Source of the DNA: Nitrospirota bacterium
GTDB lineage: Bacteria > Nitrospirota > UBA9217
Length of the DNA: 64,000 bases
Assembly: GCA_963737155.1 (NCBI GenBank)
Contig: CAVTRN010000002.1
Span: forward strand, 2,624,001 to 2,688,000
Reading direction: 5' to 3'
Numbering within the stretch: position 1 is the stretch's first letter; every line of letters starts with the position of its first letter. The translations under genes were made by a program, and so were the position numbers. The notes beneath the pieces are model-generated. The model was given only the letters and a program-made list of their open reading frames with translations, was not told where the DNA came from and did no database searches. This document shows positions 30,298 to 38,487 of the stretch, in pieces.

Positions 30298-30783
30298 CTA
30301 CTTTTCCGGATCTTTCGACTTTAAGAAAATATTGAATGCGTACCACAATGCTCCATACCAAGGGATCGCGCCTGCATTCCCGTTAAGAATCTGAAAGCCA
30401 CCCACTCCTAGCAGCACAACGGTTGCCACACCTCCCATGTTCATTTCGCCATCGGTCAGACTCTTGATCTTGCTATCAATGCCCCTGAACATCTCGGTGA
30501 CATTCTCGTGAAAATTCCCAGAACTCATACCCTTAACATGCGGTTGTTCCCTCAAGACAAAAATATCTTTCGTTCGCGCGTAATCAGCAATGGCGGCAAT
30601 GCTCGTTTGATGCAGCAAAAGTATGCTCCCCGTGGTCGCATTCACCTCCACCGCGGTAATACCGGGGCACTGTGCCAACTGCTCCTTACACACCGCAAGC
30701 GCTCCCCCATCGCCTTTTAAAACGGTGATCTTTACCCGGAACCGTCCCGGCGTGTTATGTGCCACCACTGCATCCCGTATCAT
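30298..30783 (-). CDS. HMA2-domain membrane protein
   Basis: AHNTPGRFRVK...NATTGSILLLH; C-terminal hydrophobic hairpin ending PWYGALWYAF; overlaps the DUF5132 stop codon. Confidence 0.85.
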   Translation of the reverse strand: MIRDAVVAHNTPGRFRVKITVLKGDGGALAVCKEQLAQCPGITAVEVNATTGSILLLHQTSIAAIADYARTKDIFVLREQPHVKGMSSGNFHENVTEMFRGIDSKIKSLTDGEMNMGGVATVVLLGVGGFQILNGNAGAIPWYGALWYAFNIFLKSKDPEK

Positions 30784-31091
30784 GACGCCGGTGACTCATC
30801 CGGCGACGCTGCAACCGCCGCCGTCGCAACCGGTGCTGCAGCGGCAACTGCTGCTTCGGATAGCTCCGCCTTTGCTTCGGCCACAATATCCTCGGTTATT
30901 TCAGCGACCTCGGCAAGAGTTTCCTTGCCGCGCTCATACAGCTGTATTCCTCCCTTGATCGCCGCTTTCGCCAACGGTTTAGCGATATTTGCAAACAAAG
31001 GTATTACGACGGGCGCTAATATTGCAGCCCCTATCCCGATAGCCAAGCCGGTAACCATGTTCCCCTTCAAACCATCGTCTAAAAGTGCCAT
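30780..31091 (-). CDS. DUF5132-like small membrane protein
   Basis: GLAIGIGAAILAP (GxxxG), KPLAKAAIKGG, EDIVAEAKAEL; SD aaggag. Confidence 0.85.
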   Translation of the reverse strand: MALLDDGLKGNMVTGLAIGIGAAILAPVVIPLFANIAKPLAKAAIKGGIQLYERGKETLAEVAEITEDIVAEAKAELSEAAVAAAAPVATAAVAASPDESPAS

Positions 31092-31396
31092 GCTATAATC
31101 TCCTTTCGCTGTAGAAATTGTAGTCTTTTCCTTAAGCCCTGTCTATTTTCTCTTTCATTACATACCTAACTATATCATAAAATGAATGGATCTCTCATTA
31201 TGCCTAGTCGTGAGGAAGAATGTTCGTTCTTTTATTTTACCGATCATTGGCCATAACTGATTGGATAATCAAGAGTATCAGAATGAAAATCACTGGAAAT
31301 GATTGCGCAGTTGGTGCAGCGATCGCTGCGTGAAAAGGGCTACCATCCTTCAACTGTATTTCAGTAAATCTTCCCTACAGGCTGTATTTCTACATA

Positions 31397-31436
31397 TGTC
31401 ACAGACTTTTCTGCATTTTGTAATATTGCTGTAACA
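31397..31436 (+). promoter_or_regulatory. Pho-box-like array
   Basis: TGTCACA 31397, TGTAATA 31419, TGTAACA 31430 (11-bp phase; 31408 is poor), then TATAGT at 31446. Confidence 0.75.
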
Positions 31437-31469
31437 TTGCCATATTATAGTTTTAGAGAAAAGAGTGAG

Positions 31470-31682
31470 GTGAACTTGTATATATCGCAATCAATTCTCA
31501 TCGAAAGTACAAAAGCGGCAGGCGTTCACACGTTCATGTGCCCCTACTGGGCTGCGGAAAGCAGATTCTGTCCAGCATCGATCATGACGGTCGATATCGA
31601 TATGCGTCGAAAGGCACACTATTGCTGTACGGAGAATTACGATTGCTGCCCAATGTTCCTCGCAAAAATTCTTCGAGGGTAG
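31470..31682 (+). CDS. Small Cys-rich hypothetical protein
   Basis: CPYW...FCPAS...YCCTENYDCCPMFL; first ORF after the Pho-box array; start uncertain. Confidence 0.6.
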   Translation: MNLYISQSILIESTKAAGVHTFMCPYWAAESRFCPASIMTVDIDMRRKAHYCCTENYDCCPMFLAKILRG

Positions 31683-31759
31683 AAAAATGGTGGGCGATCC
31701 CGGAGATTATCGGTAACCATAATATATATAATATTAGGTGGAGTTATAAGGAGATATGC

Positions 31760-31987
31760 ATGAATCAAGAGACTACAACGCCATCCCGCGTGTTTCGCAA
31801 TGAAAAGGAAGTTGATCAGCATTCCCGCGCCATTCAAAAACTTGCGGAGGAGCTTCAACTGCCGGCTGATGAAATTCGGCGGCATTACACGGCTGTTCTA
31901 GATGTTTTGAAACAGGAAGCCAAGATAAGAGCCTACCTCCCGGTCCTTGTCAGCCGGAGCGTAAAAGAACGACTGCGGCATCGCTGA
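31760..31987 (+). CDS. DUF3562-like three-helix-bundle protein (copy 2)
   Basis: SD aaggag; AIQKLAEEL...IRRHY...AKIRAYLPVLVSRSVKERL. Confidence 0.8.
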   Translation: MNQETTTPSRVFRNEKEVDQHSRAIQKLAEELQLPADEIRRHYTAVLDVLKQEAKIRAYLPVLVSRSVKERLRHR

Positions 31988-32110
31988 TGGAGAGATTACG
32001 AGGGGCGCACCAAAGCATCATTGCCGGAAGCATTATTGACAGCGGCACGTTTTCTGCGCCGCATGTAACACTATTCTGTCCAACAATCCTTTTCAGCATA
32101 ACCAGTCAGA

Positions 32111-32398
32111 ATGCCTAAAGACACGATCGATAATATCCAGTGCCCTGGCTGTGAATCAAAAACAGTTTACCGGGATGGTAAGGCGCGGACAGGCAATCAA
32201 CGTTATCTCTGCTTGATGTGCGGCATGCAATTTACTGTTTCCCGCCGGATGAGAGTGAAGGACAGGCCGTTGTGCGCAGCATGCGGGAATCCGATGCACC
32301 TCTACCGCGACGAGAAAACGCTACTTCGCTTCCGGTGCTCCCGATATCCGGAGTGCAGAACATACCTGAAGGTTCTTAAAGAAGATATTAAAAAATAG
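32111..32398 (+). CDS. Tandem zinc-ribbon protein, copy 2
   Basis: CPGC...YRDG...GNQRYLCLMCGMQF, then CAAC...RFRCSRYPECRTY. Confidence 0.8.
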   Translation: MPKDTIDNIQCPGCESKTVYRDGKARTGNQRYLCLMCGMQFTVSRRMRVKDRPLCAACGNPMHLYRDEKTLLRFRCSRYPECRTYLKVLKEDIKK

Positions 32399-32441
32399 GA
32401 ATGGATTAGCAAACACGTAAATCTTGTTTTCGAAATACCTT

Positions 32442-33152
32442 ATGAGCTTAGCCGTTGCACAGATAATACGCATACTCGTCGTTGATGACGAACCGGATCT
32501 TGTGGAGCTTGTCACCTATAATCTCACTCAAGACGGGTTTAAAGTCTCTTCTGCGTCGGCTGCCGAGGAGGCCCTTGATAAAATCAAGCAGGGCGGAATA
32601 AGTCTTGTTATACTCGACCTTATGCTTCCGGGCCTCCAAGGCGGGGAACTTTGCCGCATCATTCGAAGTAATCCCAAAACAACGTCTATGCCAATCATCA
32701 TGCTGACCGCCAAAAGCGATGTTACCGACAGAATACAGGGCCTCGAAACGGGCGCCGACGACTATATGACGAAGCCCTTCAGCCCAAAGGAACTCACAGC
32801 CCGCGTAAACGCCGTACTCCGGAGAGTATCCGGCAGGACAACGCATGAAAATGTCCTCACCATAGAAAACCTCAGCATCGACAAGGAACGGTTCGTCGTG
32901 AGCAAAAATAATGTTCCTCTGAGCCTGAGTTCGACCGAGTTCAAGATCCTGCTCTATCTTGTTGAACGGAGAGGCAGGGTGTTTAGCCGCGATCAGCTGC
33001 TCAATGCACTGTGGCAGAATGATACATTCGTTGAATCCAGGACGGTTGATGTTCACATCAGAAGGCTGAGAACGCATATCGAAGACGACCCGTCTCGGCC
33101 CCTATTTGTGAAAACACGGCGGGGTGTTGGATACTATGTTGAGGGGAAATAA
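32442..33152 (+). CDS. phoB: PhoB-like response regulator (copy 2, no adjacent kinase)
   Basis: Closely similar to the 14753 copy: IRILVVDDEPDLVELVTYNLT, GADDYMTKPFSPKEL, RTVDVHIRRLR. Confidence 0.85.
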   Translation: MSLAVAQIIRILVVDDEPDLVELVTYNLTQDGFKVSSASAAEEALDKIKQGGISLVILDLMLPGLQGGELCRIIRSNPKTTSMPIIMLTAKSDVTDRIQGLETGADDYMTKPFSPKELTARVNAVLRRVSGRTTHENVLTIENLSIDKERFVVSKNNVPLSLSSTEFKILLYLVERRGRVFSRDQLLNALWQNDTFVESRTVDVHIRRLRTHIEDDPSRPLFVKTRRGVGYYVEGK

Positions 33153-33188
33153 GGCGAGGACAGATAAAGACTTTTCCCGTGGTTGCGG

Positions 33189-33467
33189 TCATATTGTTTC
33201 AATTCTCTGAATATGACTGATTAGTTCGTCGAGGATGCTCCATATCCTGCGGCGGGAAACAAACCAACCGCTATGAGCAATTGATACAACCAATGTTGAA
33301 GCAGTCTCATTCCATTCCGCTTTAAGCATAACTCCATGTCGGCGCGTGTCAACGTTCCAGGGATTGTTCCCTGTTATTATAGCTCCGCCCTCTATTAGAT
33401 CGCTGATCATCATTGCGATTTTTGTATTATTGATCCCGGCGTAGTTGCGGGTATCAGATCCCAGCAT
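33189..33467 (-). CDS. Hypothetical protein
   Basis: SD ggagggg before MLGSDTR; globular-looking GNNPWNVDTRRHGVMLKAEW segment. Confidence 0.55.
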   Translation of the reverse strand: MLGSDTRNYAGINNTKIAMMISDLIEGGAIITGNNPWNVDTRRHGVMLKAEWNETASTLVVSIAHSGWFVSRRRIWSILDELISHIQRIETI

Positions 33468-34196
33468 GTCAACCCCTCCCTGTCGTTTCCTCATGATGAC
33501 GGCGTTTTTGATATTCGCCTCAGCGACCCGATGTCTCTCAAACAGGGTCTGAACGGCAACCATTGGTGCTTGTTCGGATCACAGTCAAAATATTAATACG
33601 GGGTGATATCCGCTGATCATATAGTATTATGCATACAACATATCAAGCATCAGGATACAGTGTCTGGATCACAACCAATGTGCCATCTTCTAAAATGATA
33701 ACCTCGCCATATTGCAGCGTCAATGTAACGGTATCTCTTCTACTTTTACCGCAATAATAATTTAAACGCTAGAGCAATAGAGGATTCTCTGCCATATTTA
33801 AGGATAACGGCATGGATTGGAAGCGAGTGTGTTTATAATCTGTCCACAACAGCGCGCGAAACCAAATGGCAGAGGCGCCTTTCCTCAAGTTTACTGGAAC
33901 GGATGATGAAATCCTGCTCAATATGCGATACATATGAGACCAGATCAAGGCCCACACAGCGCGATGGATAAAAAAGAAGAATAACAAAGGGAATGGCGAA
34001 TGGACAAAATCCAACATTTATTTTCACAGGAACTGTTAATAACGTGTTATCAATCCTGTGCAAAGAAATTTTTTAATGACCTTGTGCACTCTTAAAATGT
34101 AAATTGCGTAATTTTGAGGCAGCCAAAACATGAAAAAATGGTCCAGTTTATTTTTTTCGAAAAATCCAGAACGAAAACCAAACGATATGAACTGAA

Positions 34197-34604
34197 TCAG
34201 GGATTTGCCTTGGACTCTGTGTAGGGCACATATTTCTTATCTTCCTCAAGGATGTGAGCGTTTAGCCAGTTTGTCAGCAAAAGCATGACATCGATGTTCG
34301 ATGGCTTGTTCCCTTTGTCCAATTCTTCCTTTAGGCCACGCGCCTTTTTGGCAATTTTATCGTGCATCACTTTGTGATCATCATACTTTGGGTAGCCATG
34401 CTGCTGCATAAGCCGTTCTTCAGCGTGAAAATGATAAACCGTATAGTCAACAAACTTATCAAGGACAGTATCTATAATTTTCTTACCTTCACCGGCTTTC
34501 ATGGCGTCGTACATTTCATTGATCAAGTTAATCAGCTTCTGGTGCTGTTTGTCTATTTCATCAACGTGGACTGAATACCGATCGCTCCATTTCAAGTAAC
34601 CCAT
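34197..34604 (-). CDS. Bacteriohemerythrin
   Basis: W...YSVHVDEIDKQH, HFHAEE, HKVMH, WLNAHILEED; start MGYLKW with SD gagagg. Confidence 0.95.
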   Translation of the reverse strand: MGYLKWSDRYSVHVDEIDKQHQKLINLINEMYDAMKAGEGKKIIDTVLDKFVDYTVYHFHAEERLMQQHGYPKYDDHKVMHDKIAKKARGLKEELDKGNKPSNIDVMLLLTNWLNAHILEEDKKYVPYTESKANP

Positions 34605-34632
34605 AAATCCTCTCAATATTCCCAGCAAATAG

Positions 34633-34775
34633 TAGATGCCACAGGCTTATGTCCGTGGCTCTTTGAAATGACAAAAGCACCCCCTCCTAATTCCTCCCCT
34701 GAAGGGGGAGTGCAACACGAGGGATGCATTCATCCACGGCCTAACGCCCGTGGTCTTCCGCTTCGCTTTTGATAA
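34633..34775. mobile_element. About 140-bp IS200/IS605-like non-autonomous element (copy 1)
   Basis: Hairpins ccacagg...ccgtgg and ccacgg...ccgtgg at the two ends; terminus gcttcgcttttgataa shared with the copy at 37506. Confidence 0.65.
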
Positions 34776-35026
34776 TTTTTACGGAGATGCACCGGTTGAA
34801 ATGCACTTACTGCTCTTTTTCCAAAACTGTTGGAGCCCCGTAAATATGAATACGCTTATTATTGTACCATGAGAACATAATTGCGTGCAATAATAAACCA
34901 AGCAGCCGCTGATAACAACGCTGGTAATTGTAAAATATCCGCGTTACTGAAATGTAAATGTACTAAAAATTTTCCTCCGTCGATATGTGCGATAGTCGTC
35001 GTCTGTAAGCATCAAACGTACCTCAA

Positions 35027-35077
35027 TTTCATGCAATTGTAATGCATTTGTAACACATCTGTAATGAAAACGTGACA
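35027..35077 (+). promoter_or_regulatory. Pho-box-like array (5 repeats)
   Basis: TTTCATG, TGTAATG, TGTAACA, TGTAATG, CGTGACA at 35027/38/49/60/71; directly upstream of the psiE-like pseudogene. Confidence 0.8.
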
Positions 35078-35128
35078 GTATGTCCTTAAACGAGCGGCAC
35101 GACGTAGTACCAACGGGGGCGAACAACC

Positions 35129-35553
35129 ATGAAGCGCCGGGCAAGGGATCATGGAATACTTTCACGAAAATTGTTGACACCATGATCAATTTCATGATCC
35201 CGCTCGTGATCATCGCTCTTTTTAATAGGGACCGCTCGGGTCATCCTTGACTTTCGGGCCGTTCGGTAGCCCAGCCCATCACGGCCCTTCGACATGATGG
35301 TAACAAACATCCCTTCCCTAGTTGGTCGTCATCAAGTTGCTCCGCATCATCACCGAATATTTTACCGTTACAGGCTTAAGACTCCCTTTATTGCCAATGC
35401 CGCACTGGTTTTCGTGCTCTGCTAAGTAATGATCGGGCGCTACGAACAAACCATGGGAACAAGGATGTCATAGCTCTCGCAATCCTGATCCTTATAATAG
35501 GAAGCAGTAGAATACTGGCTGCGATATTTTCATCAGTTACATACAAAAGTTAA
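35129..35553 (+). pseudogene. Degraded phosphate-starvation-inducible PsiE-family membrane protein
   Basis: Fragments TKIVDTMINFMIPLVIIAL, LVVIKLLRIITEYF, FIANAALVFVLC*VMIG and VIALAILILIIGSSRILA in shifting frames. Confidence 0.7.
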
Positions 35554-35840
35554 ACAGGAGAATCACGGATAACAGTCTCAATAGGGTTGTGAAAAAACAT
35601 GAGGAGATCATTCTTGTCGCGATATCCATAGTAGTATTTATTTTGATTGGGATATTTCCTTCACTCAACCGAGCACAATGCATTGGGCATCTATGAAACA
35701 CCGGATCTCCGAGCAAACCATCGAGGCGCCTCTATAAGGAATCCGGTTTCCTATATATTGAGGAGATTTGAATCAGGTGGATATCCCTGTATTTTAATGG
35801 TTCATCGTTGGAGTTAGGGTAGGAGGACACTGCCGTTTTC

Positions 35841-37103
35841 ATGCGTGAACGTATAAAGGAAAAGGTTTTTCCCAAGAATTTTCAATGGGGCGTCGCGACT
35901 TCGGCATTTCAGCTCGAAGGCTCTCCAAACGCGGATTGGGCTACGTGGGATCCCGTGCTCAGCAACATGCCGCAGATTACAAATCACTATGCTCTGTTCA
36001 GGGAGGACCTCAAACTGCTGAAGGAGCTCGGCGTCAACGCATACCGTTTTTCCTTGGAATGGAGCAGGATCCAGCCCCGGCCCGATATTTGGGACGAGGA
36101 AGCGATCGCTCACTACCAGGAAATCATCGATATCCTGCACTCATACCACATCGAGCCGATGGTCACGCTCCACCACTTTACTCACCCGCGCTGGTTTCTG
36201 GAGCGTACACCCTGGCATCGAACCGCATCCATTGAGAAATACCTACGCTACGTTGAGATGATGGTCTCTACGCTCACAAATGTGCGCACCTGGATAACAT
36301 TCAACGAACCTTATGTCATACTCATCGGCGGTTATATGGACGGTTGCATGCCCCCGGGACTGCGGGACGTGCCGCGCGCCCTCATTGCATTAAAAAACAT
36401 CTTTACATCCCATGGCAAGGCCTATGACATCATTCACCGACATGTTCCCGATGCCCGGGTGAGCATTGCGCACAATATGTCTGTTTTTGCTCCATGGAAA
36501 AAATGGAACCCCCTTGATCGTCTTCTAAAGAAGACGGCTAACTTTTTTTACAATCACTCAGTCATCAACGCATTTCGTACAGGAATATTTACGATTAAAT
36601 TTCCTTTTTCGCGCCAAGTGGAAATCGAAGTCCCGATTGCGAACAAGCTCGATTTTTTTGGTGTGAATTACTATACCCGGATCCACCTCCGCTTCAATCC
36701 CTTTAAAAAAATGGGAGTCGAACTCCGGCACCTGGACATCGACGGACATGGCCTTACCAATCTCGGTTGGGAGATCCACCCCCGCGGCCTCGCTAAGGTC
36801 CTCCGCTATGCATCGCGGCTCAACCTGCCGATGATAATCACCGAGAACGGCATCGCAACGCACGATACCGAAGAAAAAGTGAAATATATGAAGCAGCATA
36901 TCGATGTTATCGAACGGTGTCTCAAGGATGGCCTTGACATCCGGGGATATTACTACTGGACCCTCATCGATAATTATGAGTGGCTGCAGGGCCTCGAAGC
37001 GCAGTTCGGGCTGTATCGGGTCGATTTCAATACGCTCAAGCGTACACCGACAAGCGCGGCTTCCTACTATTCCTATCTTATTCAAAGCCGATCTCAGATG
37101 TAA
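35841..37103 (+). CDS. Glycoside hydrolase family 1 (beta-glycosidase)
   Basis: FQWGVATSAFQLEG, YRFSLEWSRI, TFNEP acid/base, ITENG nucleophile, DNYEW. Confidence 0.95.
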   Translation: MRERIKEKVFPKNFQWGVATSAFQLEGSPNADWATWDPVLSNMPQITNHYALFREDLKLLKELGVNAYRFSLEWSRIQPRPDIWDEEAIAHYQEIIDILHSYHIEPMVTLHHFTHPRWFLERTPWHRTASIEKYLRYVEMMVSTLTNVRTWITFNEPYVILIGGYMDGCMPPGLRDVPRALIALKNIFTSHGKAYDIIHRHVPDARVSIAHNMSVFAPWKKWNPLDRLLKKTANFFYNHSVINAFRTGIFTIKFPFSRQVEIEVPIANKLDFFGVNYYTRIHLRFNPFKKMGVELRHLDIDGHGLTNLGWEIHPRGLAKVLRYASRLNLPMIITENGIATHDTEEKVKYMKQHIDVIERCLKDGLDIRGYYYWTLIDNYEWLQGLEAQFGLYRVDFNTLKRTPTSAASYYSYLIQSRSQM

Positions 37104-37138
37104 GATAAACTTCACCTGAATGTAATCACGCATTAACA
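37099..37138 (+). promoter_or_regulatory. Pho-box-like array (4 repeats)
   Basis: TGTAAGA, CTTCACC, TGTAATC, ATTAACA at 37099/110/121/132, then TACCCT at 37148. Confidence 0.65.
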
Positions 37139-37214
37139 ATGCTTTGCTACCCTCATTGGAGAGATAGGATACTTCCCGTTATTTAAACCATTCAAACGAG
37201 ATAAACGAGGGAGC

Positions 37215-37493
37215 ATGAGCAATTCCATTATTATTAAAGTTGAAAGTGGCGTTGTGGCCGAAATATTTTCAACGTCGCCTGTTCAGGTAACCATCGTCGA
37301 TTATGATATGATCGAAGGTGGGGAAACGTATCAATGCCGTGAAAAAAAAGCGGTCCTTTCCATGGTTCCCGAGCAACTTGTCGACCAAGAGCATATAGAA
37401 GAGTTTGTCAAGTCACTCGTGCTCGAGTGCCGGCGCCCGGCCGACTTCGTCCCGCTGTCGCCCGTCATGGAAGAGGTCGAGGTTGGAGTATAG
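37215..37493 (+). CDS. Small acidic hypothetical protein
   Basis: SD gaggg; IIIKVESGVVAEIF...VQVTIVDYD beta-strand pattern. Confidence 0.65.
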   Translation: MSNSIIIKVESGVVAEIFSTSPVQVTIVDYDMIEGGETYQCREKKAVLSMVPEQLVDQEHIEEFVKSLVLECRRPADFVPLSPVMEEVEVGV

Positions 37494-37505
37494 ACCCCAT
37501 TAAAG

Positions 37506-37645
37506 CAGATACACACAGACATACGCCCGTGTCACATTGAGACCGCAATAGCACTCTCTCCTCACTCCCCCTTAAGAGCGAAACAGGACGGACGCATGCA
37601 TCCACGGATGCTAATGCCCATAGTCTTCTGCTTCGCTTTTGATAA
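37506..37645. mobile_element. About 140-bp IS200/IS605-like non-autonomous element (copy 2, degenerate)
   Basis: Colinear with 34633-34775; shares catccacgg...gtcttc.gcttcgcttttgataa. Confidence 0.6.
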
Positions 37646-37683
37646 CCTGCAACGAAATTCCTACCCTTATGAAAATTCGTTCC

Positions 37684-37723
37684 TGTAACAGAATCTTAAT
37701 AAACCCTTAATACCTCCGTAATA
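37684..37723 (+). promoter_or_regulatory. Pho-box-like array (4 repeats)
   Basis: TGTAACA, CTTAATA, CTTAATA, CGTAATA at 37684/695/706/717, then TATAAA at 37733. Confidence 0.8.
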
Positions 37724-37745
37724 CAAGTTTTGTATAAATATAACA

Positions 37746-38438
37746 ATGATGCTGTGTGACTTTCATATTCACACGACCTATTCGGACGGCTCACTGGAGA
37801 TGAGAAAGACCATAGACCTTTTCGGCCAGGCGGGATTCGACGTTATTGCCATCACCGACCATGTGGTAAACGGAGATAACACGTTGGGCAAATTTGCACG
37901 ACGTTTCAATCTGTCGGTCCGTGGGGACAATTTTGACGAGTACCTTTCCACCATACGAAGCGAGGCGGAACGTGCATGGGACAAATATGCAATGCTCGTG
38001 ATTCCCGGGGTTGAAATCACCAAGAACTACCTCTCCAAGGAGGAATCCGCCCACTTCCTGCTTCTCGACATTAAGGAATTCGTTCCAGCGTGTCTCGATT
38101 ATGAAGAGATTTTTCTAGATGCAAGGCGTCAAGATGCGCTAACTATCGCTTGTCATCCCCACCATACTCCGGACATCTTAAACCCCGACACGCTCTTTCT
38201 CTGGAACAACAGAGACAAATACGCGAAATACATTGATGCATGGGAGATCGCGAACCGGGATGATGTTTTCAACGTGATCAGCCTGAAAAAATACCCCTAC
38301 ATCGCAAACAGCGATTTTCACAAAGCACGGCACCTATATTCTTGGAAGTCGCTGTTGAACTGCGATAAAAACGTCGATGCGGTAAAAAACTGCATCCGGC
38401 ACAACAAAGGAGTGGCAATCACTCTCTTTAGGAATTGA
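37746..38438 (+). CDS. PHP-domain phosphoesterase
   Basis: DFHIHTTYSDG, AITDH, PGVE, CHPH, NSDFH motifs. Confidence 0.9.
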   Translation: MMLCDFHIHTTYSDGSLEMRKTIDLFGQAGFDVIAITDHVVNGDNTLGKFARRFNLSVRGDNFDEYLSTIRSEAERAWDKYAMLVIPGVEITKNYLSKEESAHFLLLDIKEFVPACLDYEEIFLDARRQDALTIACHPHHTPDILNPDTLFLWNNRDKYAKYIDAWEIANRDDVFNVISLKKYPYIANSDFHKARHLYSWKSLLNCDKNVDAVKNCIRHNKGVAITLFRN

Positions 38439-38487
38439 ATAATGAGGATTGATTCAACTTTTAGGTAATACCTTTAGGAGGCGACTC

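Noticed and set aside
26164-31091. Canonical ferrosome cluster or magnetosome island
   Set aside because: The ATPase has P2A motifs (PEGL) rather than P1B-6 motifs, and no mam/mad/feo genes are recognisable in the window.
31092-31396. Minus-strand Pho box driving the DUF5132 operon
   Set aside because: Only an isolated half-site (cattaca near 31156) with no 11-bp-phased partner.
32064-32085. Pho array upstream of zinc-ribbon copy 2
   Set aside because: One good heptamer (TGTAACA), but the next candidate is out of phase; at most a decayed site.
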